DNA from: Bdellovibrio sp.
GTDB taxonomy: Bacteria > Bdellovibrionota > Bdellovibrionia > Bdellovibrionales > Bdellovibrionaceae
Reading direction: 5' to 3'
Length of the DNA stretch: 64,000 bases
Assembly (NCBI GenBank): GCA_036676395.1
Contig: JAKFCY010000002.1
Span: forward strand, 1,568,001-1,632,000
Below the pieces are notes generated by a model that worked only from the letters and a program-made list of their open reading frames with translations, made no database searches and was not told where the DNA came from. The position numbers and the translations under genes were made by a program. The stretch's first letter is position 1; every line of letters starts with the position of its first letter. This document shows, piece after piece, positions 19,614 through 28,911 of this stretch.

Positions 19614-21332
19614 TTATTTACGTTTTAAAAAACTGACTTTAGGTGACTGGGCTTTACCGCCGATAACAACATGAGCGTTTAGACCCTCTGGTGTTAAGTG
19701 ACCGCGCAATTGAAACCACGTTCCACCTTTTGAATTACGGCCCGAAGTTAAAATCAGAACCCCATCAGTGCCTTTTGTTCCGATGTTAAATTCAATTGTT
19801 AAGCCGTCAGGACTATCTAAGCGACCTAATGTGTAGCCACCGAAACTAGTCACGATAACTTTCACGCGCATTGGGCCAGAGGCTAAATGCAATGTGCCCT
19901 CATACGTGCCATCCACTTCGCCGCCCGGGCCTTGGAAGGTCTCCCACATATCAGGAAAACTTTGAACTTTCTGACCTGTAAATACTTGTGAACCAATACG
20001 AATATACGGATCAATTAATTTAATCTGACCTTTGTCGTTCACCATAAACTTAATTGGCGGATTCATCTGATCGTCAGAATCAGGCTCACGCTCTGAAGCT
20101 ACGAAACTTGCGATTTCACCACTGTAAGTAATGTTATAAAATGTTTTATAGATGGCGCCTGATTCAGAACCGATCGCTGCTACTAACATGTTTTCACGCG
20201 CATAAGAAATTGTGAAAAACCATTTTTCGCCTAATTCATTTGTTAGCTGGTAGTTACCTTGTAGGTTTAATTTTTTAGCCATAACAGGAACTGCAGCACG
20301 CGCTAACCATTTTGACATTTCGTCAGCATCTTTAGTCATTCCGATTTTACGGGCATGCGCTACAATAGCTGTTGAATAATTCATGTAGTTATCAGCATAA
20401 ACATGCGTTGGTACTTTTTCTTGCACTGTCCATTGCTGAATTAAATTTAAAGTCGAACGAATTTTTAATGTGCTAAGAGCTTGAGAAAATTGCTGCTGAT
20501 TTAAAACAACTTCTAAACGAACCGATCTTAGTAAAAGTTCTACAATCGCATCACCTACGGCGTTTGTTAACCAGCCCGGCGCTGTGTCTTGAAAAGACTC
20601 AACCTGGGCATTTAGTAACAATAAACGGTGTAAATATTCATGAGAGTTGTCTTTATTATCAGTGTTCAAAGCATAAATATCTTGATTTAAAATCTCTAAA
20701 TATTCTGAAACTGAAGCCGGCATCATTAATTTACCGATCCAAAAAGTGACTTCGTGTGCCGGTAAATTTTTATTACGTAAAATTAAAATCGCAACATCTG
20801 TGATTAGACGGCGGTATCCTAATAAAATGTGCACTTGATTTTCTGAACGTGCATCAATTAATGGTAAGGCTGCTTCAATGTTTTTGGCCATTACAGCTAA
20901 TTTCATCTGATCTTTAACAAATGAAATCTGGTAATTTAAGTTATCTAAGAAACGGCTTAATGTGTTCGCATCCATCCACTTAACATAGTACTGAATTTTT
21001 TCAGTAGAATCTTTCGTGATATCTAACCAACGCATTCCAACACCCGTCATTTTCAGACCTAGGCGTTCAGTCATTTTTGGGTAGATTTCGTCTAATTTAA
21101 GACTTACCGAAAGACTTGTTAAGTCATCTAACATATAGAAATACTTTTCAAACGTGGGTTGATCACGCATTTCTGAAAGATTCATTTCAATATCAAGCAT
21201 GACTTCACGTAATGCGATTCTGTTTTGTTGGGCTTTTTGCATTAACTCAGCAGGTTCAGCTAAGTTAATTGCAGCCATTGCCCAGACAGGTAAAAGCAAG
21301 GCGATTGCTATTCTCGAAATTAATTGTTTCAT
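19614..21332 (-). CDS. Secreted hypothetical protein (helical N-terminal region, beta-rich C-terminal region)
   Basis: 572-aa ORF, signal peptide, translationally coupled within the operon. Confidence 0.8.
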   Translation of the reverse strand: MKQLISRIAIALLLPVWAMAAINLAEPAELMQKAQQNRIALREVMLDIEMNLSEMRDQPTFEKYFYMLDDLTSLSVSLKLDEIYPKMTERLGLKMTGVGMRWLDITKDSTEKIQYYVKWMDANTLSRFLDNLNYQISFVKDQMKLAVMAKNIEAALPLIDARSENQVHILLGYRRLITDVAILILRNKNLPAHEVTFWIGKLMMPASVSEYLEILNQDIYALNTDNKDNSHEYLHRLLLLNAQVESFQDTAPGWLTNAVGDAIVELLLRSVRLEVVLNQQQFSQALSTLKIRSTLNLIQQWTVQEKVPTHVYADNYMNYSTAIVAHARKIGMTKDADEMSKWLARAAVPVMAKKLNLQGNYQLTNELGEKWFFTISYARENMLVAAIGSESGAIYKTFYNITYSGEIASFVASEREPDSDDQMNPPIKFMVNDKGQIKLIDPYIRIGSQVFTGQKVQSFPDMWETFQGPGGEVDGTYEGTLHLASGPMRVKVIVTSFGGYTLGRLDSPDGLTIEFNIGTKGTDGVLILTSGRNSKGGTWFQLRGHLTPEGLNAHVVIGGKAQSPKVSFLKRK

Positions 21333-23101
21333 GGGTTTTGTTCCTTATAGACCGGTTCAGGTCGTTTTGATTTTGTGTTCGTTTTTAAAAATTCTTCTAA
21401 ACTAATAAATTTATAACCAAGTTTTTTGATCTCGCGCAGAATGTATTCAAGTTCTGCCGGATCACCCGGAAACTCACCGCGGCCACCATCTTCGTAAGTT
21501 GTTAACAAAAAGGGATGGTAGAAAAACGAAGCCCAGACATCACGTAAGACTAAATTACGTTTTGCATCGATGATGATTTCTTCTTTAGAACGAGGAACCA
21601 CAACATGGGCGTTCACAAAAGGCTGTGAATTGCCTAAATTTTCTGGAATCAATCTTTGACCATGAACATCGCCGTAAATTTCATATGGAAACATCTGCCC
21701 GCTCCAGCGTTCAGATTCATAAACGACTTCTAAGTTTTTAAAATATTCAGTACGTAAATTATAACCGTTAGTTAGCGCACTTAAAAACTGAACGTCTTTA
21801 TTTTCATTTGGTGTCGAGAAACCTTTAACCGAATGATTATAATAAATCACGCGCCCAACATTCCAGGTAAATACATTAGCAAAAATAATATAATCTAGAG
21901 GGCTTGCCTGATAGTGAGGGGTCAGCCACATTTGCGGGGTGATGCCTGTTTTTTGCAGGGTGTAGAAGCCATCTTCTAAACGATCAACAACATATTTAAC
22001 ACTGTCTTCTGCGATCGGACGGTTATTCACAGCATCGAAAAATTCGAAATCGCTGCCGCTTACGCCATCGTGCGGGTTTTTTTGTGCATTGTACTGGTGG
22101 GTAACACCATGCCAGATAAAAAAAGCCTGATCACGTTTTACTTCTTCGATGAAATTCATGAATGGCACTTTACGATCCATTGTGATGAATTCACCCTGTG
22201 GATCTGTTTCACCACGGTGTAACGGGTCAAAATAAATTGGAATCAGCGAAATATGAATCGGCACTTTTTCGTTTTTTAAAACATTCATTGTTTTATAAAG
22301 CTCGCCCAAAGGCATTAACGGATGAACATCTTCAATTCGAACCAATGCATACTTGCCGTTATGACGGGGTTTTTCATCTAAAATATCGAATAACAGATCA
22401 GCAAATACAAAATAGCGGTCAGCTTCATGCATAAAACTAAATGGCACATCAGCCACATAAAAATGATTTTTAGCCTGAAGCGCATAAGGCAGAATTTCTT
22501 TAGTCACATTGTGTTCTGCATGCGCTAAAATCTGAGATTTCTTGGTGTCAGTAGCTAACAAAGCTGCTTGTTCAAACGGAGCTAAAAAAATCGACCGATC
22601 AGTTTTGCTCCAGTCGCCGTACTTAAAAAACACTTCACCTTTATAAAGTACATTTTTAAAATAACTTGGTCGGCCTGTTGAGTCTAATTTTTCGCGGTTT
22701 AGCGTTGTTAAATGTGAATACTTATAGCCAAAAATTTCTTCAAAATTTGCACCTAATTGCCAAATGCTATAACCCAGCCAGGCCACACGTTTTTTTGTGG
22801 CCGTAAAATCTTGTAAAAAATCAGCCGGAATCTGATTGTTAAAATAACTGCCGATATAAAAACTGGCATGACATGTTTCGATATCGCCCTTTTTATACAT
22901 TTCAATCGGGCTTACGATTTGTTGATATTTCGGAAAATGACCCAGAATATTTTGCAATAATGTAGCGTAGGTTTTTCCCATCCAATAATTAGGTTCTTGT
23001 GAGCGATCAAAATAAACGTTCACGCAAGGAGTAGCGACGGCTTTGGCCTGAACCTGCCAGCTAGATAATACTAACATCACAGAAATAATAAAAATCTTCA
23101 C
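21329..23101 (-). CDS. DUF2334 / polysaccharide-deacetylase-like periplasmic protein
   Basis: VRIEDVHP, WHGVTHQY, DFEF, WLTPHYQAS, FPYEIYGDVHGQRLIPENLGN, ASFFYHPF; signal peptide. Confidence 0.85.
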   Translation of the reverse strand: MKIFIISVMLVLSSWQVQAKAVATPCVNVYFDRSQEPNYWMGKTYATLLQNILGHFPKYQQIVSPIEMYKKGDIETCHASFYIGSYFNNQIPADFLQDFTATKKRVAWLGYSIWQLGANFEEIFGYKYSHLTTLNREKLDSTGRPSYFKNVLYKGEVFFKYGDWSKTDRSIFLAPFEQAALLATDTKKSQILAHAEHNVTKEILPYALQAKNHFYVADVPFSFMHEADRYFVFADLLFDILDEKPRHNGKYALVRIEDVHPLMPLGELYKTMNVLKNEKVPIHISLIPIYFDPLHRGETDPQGEFITMDRKVPFMNFIEEVKRDQAFFIWHGVTHQYNAQKNPHDGVSGSDFEFFDAVNNRPIAEDSVKYVVDRLEDGFYTLQKTGITPQMWLTPHYQASPLDYIIFANVFTWNVGRVIYYNHSVKGFSTPNENKDVQFLSALTNGYNLRTEYFKNLEVVYESERWSGQMFPYEIYGDVHGQRLIPENLGNSQPFVNAHVVVPRSKEEIIIDAKRNLVLRDVWASFFYHPFLLTTYEDGGRGEFPGDPAELEYILREIKKLGYKFISLEEFLKTNTKSKRPEPVYKEQNP

Positions 23102-24483
23102 GGTTGCACCTGAGCCTTAATATCGAGACCAAAATGTTCTGGCATACGATGTTCTGTTTTAATCCAAACAGGTCTTTGACCTGTTTTTTTACTTTCACTA
23201 AATTGTTGGTAGGCCTTCAATGCAGCGCCCACGTTGATCACGTTAGCCACCAGCCAACGCAGCGGCACTAACAGCACATGCTGTCTGGCGTTTGTTAAAG
23301 CGACAGCACGCATTCTTTGCCCCATACGCAAAACCATATTGAACATGTTCAGCGCCAGTAACGATTGAAATAAACCATGCTGTAATGCACTTTGGCCTAA
23401 CTGCAGCTGATTTAAGACAACAAAGCCAATCAGCAATAAAACTGACAATACAATAAGAAGGCTATTATAAGGGCTACGGCGATCACGCCACATAAAGTAT
23501 TTATCGACTAGGCTACCCTGCCATTGCAGGTTTTCTGTACCTTGAAAAGCAATACCCAAAGTCCAGCGAGATTTCTGGCGCATAGATGCTGACAGTGCAT
23601 CAGGAAAATATTCGCGGGTGGCAATAAATTCAGTCTGGCCGTTTTCTTTTTCGTACTGCACGCAGGCAAATTTAGATTTAAAACCCAATTTTTTAGCCAT
23701 CATTCCTAAGTGATAATCTTCGGTCAAAGTGTCTTCTTTTAAAAAACAACCATCTTGGGCCTGCATCATGCCTAACATCAGATTACGGCTTAACAAAGTA
23801 CCCACGCCGGCTGAAGGAATAGCTGCACCCATGGCTTCGCGAACCAGTAAATCTTTTGTGTGAGCTTCGGCAAATTCATCAATATAAATGCCACCGACAA
23901 ATGAAGATTTTGGAACATCAAATGAAAATACCGGAATTTGCACAAAGTCTGCATCATGGCTGACTTCGTTTAATAGTGAAAGTGAATGCGGGTGCAAAAC
24001 ATCTTCAGAATCTTGCATTAAAAATAAATCAAACTTTTTTCCGAGTTTAATTTCGTAGCTAAAAATCTTGCGAGCCACTTCATTTAACATCTGGCCTTTA
24101 GAGGTTGGTCCTTCGTGCGAATTTAAGACCACCTGAACTTGTTTTGGGTAAGCAGCTTGAAGATTTTGTGCTGCAACAACAGTGCCTATATCATTGGGGT
24201 ATACACCCAAGAAAAAAACATAGTTCTTATATTCAAGGCCACGTAGATTACCCCGAATCATGGGCGTGATAATTTCAGCTTCTTTCCAGTTAGCAATTAA
24301 AATAGCAATTTGTTTTTCAGGGGTTCTTTTGATCTGCGCAATGTAATCGACCGTCACTCGTTGGGGCTTTAAGCCACGCATTAATGCCTGTAGATCAATA
24401 AACATATCATCCACAGCAAATACCAGTGCGCCAATAACAGCAATACATACCAACGCTACAAATAACATTTCAAAATTACCCAT
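23098..24483 (-). CDS. nfrB: NfrB-like GT2 processive glycosyltransferase (no C-terminal MshEN region)
   Basis: GVYPND, GPTSK...LN, DSEDV, PSAGVGT, LTEDY, REYFPD...RQKSRW..GIAFQG, WRDR, W.KT.H..P: collinear with the N-terminal GT part of E. coli NfrB. Confidence 0.85.
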   Translation of the reverse strand: MGNFEMLFVALVCIAVIGALVFAVDDMFIDLQALMRGLKPQRVTVDYIAQIKRTPEKQIAILIANWKEAEIITPMIRGNLRGLEYKNYVFFLGVYPNDIGTVVAAQNLQAAYPKQVQVVLNSHEGPTSKGQMLNEVARKIFSYEIKLGKKFDLFLMQDSEDVLHPHSLSLLNEVSHDADFVQIPVFSFDVPKSSFVGGIYIDEFAEAHTKDLLVREAMGAAIPSAGVGTLLSRNLMLGMMQAQDGCFLKEDTLTEDYHLGMMAKKLGFKSKFACVQYEKENGQTEFIATREYFPDALSASMRQKSRWTLGIAFQGTENLQWQGSLVDKYFMWRDRRSPYNSLLIVLSVLLLIGFVVLNQLQLGQSALQHGLFQSLLALNMFNMVLRMGQRMRAVALTNARQHVLLVPLRWLVANVINVGAALKAYQQFSESKKTGQRPVWIKTEHRMPEHFGLDIKAQVQP

Positions 24484-25256
24484 TAAAATTCTCCGCCGAC
24501 AACAAAGAGAACTTCTTCATGCGCACGTTCATGTTTTACAAAACTTTCATAAACTAAAATTTGCGCTGACCACAAATTAAATAGGTAAATACCGCGCACT
24601 CCGACACGCGCTTGCTCGGTGTCGCGCCCAAGATCTGCTTTGGGGCTGCGACGTGTGTAAATTTCTACATACGGATCTATGATAACTGCCGTTTGCTCAA
24701 GGCGATAACGTAGCCCTTGCTTAAACCAAGCCGATGTTACGGGGTTGTGATGAAACAAAGGCAGCGCGATGGCTTCAATATAAAATTCAGAAAACAGCGG
24801 AGCATTTTTAAACCGGTATTCAAAAATTTCACCCAAGAACAGACCATAACGACTTCTTCTTTCAGTGCGGTATTCGGCCAAGGCTGTTAGAGATTTCCAT
24901 AAAACAATGCGACCACCAATAACCGCCATAGTGCGATTTTTCGAATAAAGATCGTCATCATCGCCTGAAATTTTATCTTGGCGCTGCAAAACTGCACCGA
25001 TGTAGAAAACATTTCTTTCGGCCTGAAAAAGTTTGACGCGCAGTTGGGTTTCAGACAGCAATCCGTATTGCGGAACAAAAGTTGTTTCAGAGTAAATTTC
25101 AGCGACCGTATTTGCATTCGCAGGCATGCTGACGATATAAGTTGCAGCCATAAATACGCAAATTCGTAAAAACAATAAATATAAAAACGAACTTCGTTGG
25201 CTGCGCATATAAGAGCGACGATAACTACAGGAAAATAATGTCATCAGCAATGCCAT
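24483..25256 (-). CDS. Putative small outer-membrane beta-barrel protein
   Basis: Signal-like segment ending ANA, alternating amphipathic strands, C-terminal Phe (VVGGEF); true start probably downstream of 25256. Confidence 0.65.
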   Translation of the reverse strand: MALLMTLFSCSYRRSYMRSQRSSFLYLLFLRICVFMAATYIVSMPANANTVAEIYSETTFVPQYGLLSETQLRVKLFQAERNVFYIGAVLQRQDKISGDDDDLYSKNRTMAVIGGRIVLWKSLTALAEYRTERRSRYGLFLGEIFEYRFKNAPLFSEFYIEAIALPLFHHNPVTSAWFKQGLRYRLEQTAVIIDPYVEIYTRRSPKADLGRDTEQARVGVRGIYLFNLWSAQILVYESFVKHERAHEEVLFVVGGEF

Positions 25257-25359
25257 AAATATGATAAGTAAAAAGCTACATAAGTAGTCTTATATTGGCA
25301 CTAGCTTGGCGCACCCAAACTTAAACAAATAGCCTTTTGTTTTAAAGACAACTCAGCAT

Positions 25360-26214
25360 TCAGAGCCGCTTAGGAAAATACCCAAACGGAGCCTGAACAC
25401 TTTCATCATGCGAAGGCAGAATGATCACCTTAGGATTGGCTTCTTGAAAAGAATGAAGCTTTTGAATTTGTTCGAGCACTTTATCAGCATCAAGATCAAC
25501 TAACTTTTTTGACAACCAGAATTTGCCTAACTTTAAATCAATACCTTTTTTCTTCCATACCGTGTCGCCGATAAGAAAAAATTTATTTCCACGGTCTGTG
25601 TTTACAAATATTCCGACTGAGCCTGGCGTATGACCTCTTAATGGAACGACCACAATAGATTGATCATTATATATATCTAAACTTTCAGAAAAACCCATGT
25701 ACGGTGTCTTAGTAAACGTGTAAGGCCGCCATTTAATATTTGGGTTTGAGACTTGTGACTTTAAGACTGCCGGCGGTGTGCCTACATCTTTAAAGGCGAT
25801 CTCTTCTGAAAGAGCCCAGATATCTTTATCTAAAAAATCAACTAACCCACTGACATGATCAAAATGAAGATGAGTGATAAGGATGAAGCTAAAATCTATT
25901 TTTTCTTTGGCTAATTGCGCTTTTGCCGTTTCAGATTTTTTATAAGCAAAAGCCGGCCTGTGAAAAAAAGAAATATCCTGGAATTGGTCATCAATTTTTT
26001 CGCCAAGTCCTGTGTCGACTAAGATATTTCCTTTAGGATGTTCGACAAGAAAAGCTGAATGATTTACTTCAATTTTTTTCCATGCCCCACCTTCAAGAGC
26101 CAAGCTTTCATAAGTATGGGCCGTACCCGTTTTGATAATGCTGAGTTTGACTTTGTCTGCAGCATGCACGATAGAAGCAAAACTTAAAATCAAACCTAAG
26201 GTCATAATCTTCAT
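25360..26214 (-). CDS. Secreted MBL-fold hydrolase (AHL-lactonase-like family)
   Basis: THLHFDH, GHTPG, LIGD, PSHD; signal peptide from ATG 26214. Confidence 0.88.
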   Translation of the reverse strand: MKIMTLGLILSFASIVHAADKVKLSIIKTGTAHTYESLALEGGAWKKIEVNHSAFLVEHPKGNILVDTGLGEKIDDQFQDISFFHRPAFAYKKSETAKAQLAKEKIDFSFILITHLHFDHVSGLVDFLDKDIWALSEEIAFKDVGTPPAVLKSQVSNPNIKWRPYTFTKTPYMGFSESLDIYNDQSIVVVPLRGHTPGSVGIFVNTDRGNKFFLIGDTVWKKKGIDLKLGKFWLSKKLVDLDADKVLEQIQKLHSFQEANPKVIILPSHDESVQAPFGYFPKRL

Positions 26215-26236
26215 AAAACCATCCTTTGTTATAGAA

Positions 26237-26268
26237 ATTGTAAACCGTTGGGTATACAACATGGTCAA
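26237..26268 (-). promoter_or_regulatory. MerR-type promoter/operator for the MBL hydrolase
   Basis: TTGACC-N20-TACAAT with an imperfect dyad (GTTG...CAAC) in the long spacer, typical of MerR-activated promoters. Confidence 0.7.
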
Positions 26269-26277
26269 GGGGTTAAT

Positions 26278-26652
26278 ATGTTAATCGGAGAATTAGTCAA
26301 AAAAACGCAGCTAAGCAAAGAGACCATACGTCATTATGAAGACATTGGCTTAATTCGCGGTATTAAAACTCAAACAAATGGCTATAAAAACTATCCTGAG
26401 CGACTGGTAGAGGACCTGAAACTGATTGGCCTTGCGAAAGATTTAGGTTTCACCTTAAAAGAAATCAAGTCACTTCTAAGCCTGCTGCAAAAAGGACAAC
26501 TTGGCAGAAGCAATCTGAACCAAGTGATTCAAAAAAAGATAAGCGAGATTGATCAGAAAATAAGTGCTCTTAATCAGCTTAAAGAAAGATTAAACCAAGA
26601 ACTTGCCCGAACATGTTCGCCGCAAGAAACTTTGAAAATTATGACTACTTAG
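26278..26652 (+). CDS. MerR-family transcriptional regulator
   Basis: MLIGELVKKT..TIRHYEDIGLI..NGYKNY..AKDLGFTLKEIK. Confidence 0.92.
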   Translation: MLIGELVKKTQLSKETIRHYEDIGLIRGIKTQTNGYKNYPERLVEDLKLIGLAKDLGFTLKEIKSLLSLLQKGQLGRSNLNQVIQKKISEIDQKISALNQLKERLNQELARTCSPQETLKIMTT

Positions 26653-27304
26653 CACTGCCGCGGGCAATACCCAGGCGGTCTTCATACGCATTAAGAACTT
26701 TTACGAACGCCGGCCGCGCTTCGCAATTAAGACGGTACTTCTCAAGATTCGGGTACTTACCCAAAATCTCTGTTTTACGAATTTCACGCAGCACGCACGT
26801 AAGAATAATATCAGCTACAGTGAAATCAGTTCCCGTAATAAATGGCTGCGCTTTTAACATTTGATCGATCGTCGGAAAAAAGCGTTCAAGAATTTCAACA
26901 TGCCAAGAACGCAGTTTACCGTGGTGGCTTGCTTCACCCTGAAGATCAGCAAAAAAAACCGGTAGCGCAAATGGCTCGATGTTATTAAGAGCCGTAATTA
27001 ACCAGCGATAAACTTGTGCGCGCCCCTGCAGGTCAGCAGGAATCAATTTTTGCGATTTTTCGGCTAGGTAAAGAAGAATCGCCCCCGACTCCGTTAGAAT
27101 ATATCCATTATCATCGATGACCGGAACTTGTTTGAACGGAGAAACCACATCAAACGAAAATTCATCTTGAAGACCATTCGGCCCGCAATCAAGCCCGATA
27201 GTCTCATAGGCGATGCTACACTCTTCAAGTGCCCACATCACACGTATATCGCGCGTATAGCCCCATAGAAATGGCGGCAGCGACTTGAAGACGTAAACTT
27301 TCAC
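26645..27304 (-). CDS. Glutathione S-transferase family protein
   Basis: RDIRVMWALEE, PFKQVP, ESGAILLYLAE, FTVADI, RPAF. Confidence 0.93.
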   Translation of the reverse strand: MKVYVFKSLPPFLWGYTRDIRVMWALEECSIAYETIGLDCGPNGLQDEFSFDVVSPFKQVPVIDDNGYILTESGAILLYLAEKSQKLIPADLQGRAQVYRWLITALNNIEPFALPVFFADLQGEASHHGKLRSWHVEILERFFPTIDQMLKAQPFITGTDFTVADIILTCVLREIRKTEILGKYPNLEKYRLNCEARPAFVKVLNAYEDRLGIARGSAK

Positions 27305-27307
27305 AGT

Positions 27308-27502
27308 TTAGTTGCCTTTACGTGGCCCCCAAGATGGGCCTACATTAGAATTGTTCTCATTGCGTGGTTTGTCTTTTTGAAACTTACCAAAAGTACCAGT
27401 GGTACCGCCAGATTTTTGCACTTCGTTTTTACGCTTCAACAATTCAACAAGAGGATTGGCTTTTGAAGCGGGAGTTTTCTTTTTCGTGGTCTTCTTTTTC
27501 AT
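27308..27502 (-). CDS. Small basic hypothetical protein
   Basis: 64-aa Lys-rich ORF ending 3 bp before the GST start. Confidence 0.55.
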   Translation of the reverse strand: MKKKTTKKKTPASKANPLVELLKRKNEVQKSGGTTGTFGKFQKDKPRNENNSNVGPSWGPRKGN

Positions 27503-27598
27503 AAGTGTATAATTAACATAAAAATGAAATTACGGAACCAGTATTTGGTTCCGCGACCTCTTTTAGGCAGAAATTGGTCATTTTTTATAGTCCACCCC

Positions 27599-27925
27599 TT
27601 ATTGTGTCACTCTATTTTCGGCGGCTTTATTTTTGATAAGCACACCTTCTGGGGTTTCGGCCGTTGCCGGATCAATCATTCTTCGAACTCGAGTTACGTT
27701 ATCAACTGGAAACTCAGCTCTTTTGCCATGCTCACGAACAAGATCTTCATTTTCAGCGTAATAGACGCAGTAAACTTTATCGTCGGTGACATAACTTTCA
27801 AGCCACTGAACTTGTGGACCCATTTCACGTAATACATCGCAAGATTTAACACTTCCTTGTTGCCATTCGCTGTCAGACATTTGACCGGCCCCAGGCATGT
27901 TTCTTTCAATAATAAATTTAGGCAT
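27599..27925 (-). CDS. DUF4242 domain protein
   Basis: MPKFIIERNMPGAG, QWLESYVTDDKVYCVYYA..EH...FP; AAGGAG SD. Confidence 0.88.
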   Translation of the reverse strand: MPKFIIERNMPGAGQMSDSEWQQGSVKSCDVLREMGPQVQWLESYVTDDKVYCVYYAENEDLVREHGKRAEFPVDNVTRVRRMIDPATAETPEGVLIKNKAAENRVTQ

Positions 27926-27958
27926 TAAAGTCTCCTTTTTCTGTAAAAAGAAATAGAT

Positions 27959-27974
27959 TACAAATCATATGCCA
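27959..27974 (-). promoter_or_regulatory. Sigma54-like -24/-12 element
   Basis: TGGCAT-ATGAT-TTGTA upstream of the DUF4242 gene. Confidence 0.6.
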
Positions 27975-28154
27975 TTGATATTGGGGCAATTTAGTCGGCC
28001 TCTCGATTTCAAGAAAAATTTAAAACTTTCTCGATCTAATACGTGTCAACTTAACGCCAGCGTTTCATTTGTAAATAAATTGTTCTTTATATTTACATAA
28101 ATACCCGTTTTAAATAACCTAAACGGGCGAATCAAACGCTAAAGGGGTTATGGC

Positions 28155-28904
28155 ATGTTTAATGAGACCGTGGATCTACAGCTCGTACTTTGTCCCGTTC
28201 GCGAACCAGAATCGAAATATATTGAATTATATAACAAAATCTATAAGTGCTGGAATAGCGTATGGACTTCGGCTTATACCGAAGTGAATTATCAGTCAGA
28301 CCACGAATCTTTGAAGTCTGATAGCTTTACCCGTCAGGATTTTGTGGCGGCTATTTTTCATAAACAGGAGTGCATTGCTTTTATTTTATTTCGTCAGGTG
28401 GATGCGAATTTAATATCTACTAAAGATGATTCGTTTTTTGCCCAATGGAGTGAAATTCATCTTAAGTCTGTTGCAAAAATAGGTCAGCAGTTGTTGATTT
28501 GTGGAAACTTGGGAATTCATCCGACGTTTCGTCAAAAGACTCTGGGAGTTTCTCTAAAAGAAATTATGGGAGGCTTAATTTCAGAAATCACATTACAATC
28601 AAATGTCAATGCAACCCTTGCGACCCCCCGCCGCGATCGTAACGTACACGGCGCCGCCTATCAATGGGGAGCTGCTCCGATAGCCCAGGATATTTCTTGG
28701 GGCTGCGGAATTCAAATCGACTTAATATCTTTTCATAAGGCAAATCTATTAAAACACCGCAATCACGCATTACGTCCGCTCATAGATAAGCTATGGCAAA
28801 ATAAAATTGTTGTAGAAAACAAAGCTCAAGAGACGCTTCAACAATTCAAGCACACTAGCCCTTATAGTCTGCAAAATTTAAAGCCAAACAAAAAGACAGG
28901 TTAA
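28155..28904 (+). CDS. Hypothetical protein, probable GNAT-like fold
   Basis: 249 aa; LICGNLGIHPTFRQKTLG resembles GNAT motif A; co-oriented with the desaturase (7-bp gap). Confidence 0.6.
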   Translation: MFNETVDLQLVLCPVREPESKYIELYNKIYKCWNSVWTSAYTEVNYQSDHESLKSDSFTRQDFVAAIFHKQECIAFILFRQVDANLISTKDDSFFAQWSEIHLKSVAKIGQQLLICGNLGIHPTFRQKTLGVSLKEIMGGLISEITLQSNVNATLATPRRDRNVHGAAYQWGAAPIAQDISWGCGIQIDLISFHKANLLKHRNHALRPLIDKLWQNKIVVENKAQETLQQFKHTSPYSLQNLKPNKKTG

Positions 28905-28911
28905 AAATTTT

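Noticed and set aside
25257..25359. c-di-GMP riboswitch upstream of the nfrB-like operon
   Set aside because: No GEMM-type consensus or convincing structure visible; an Infernal/Rfam scan would be needed.
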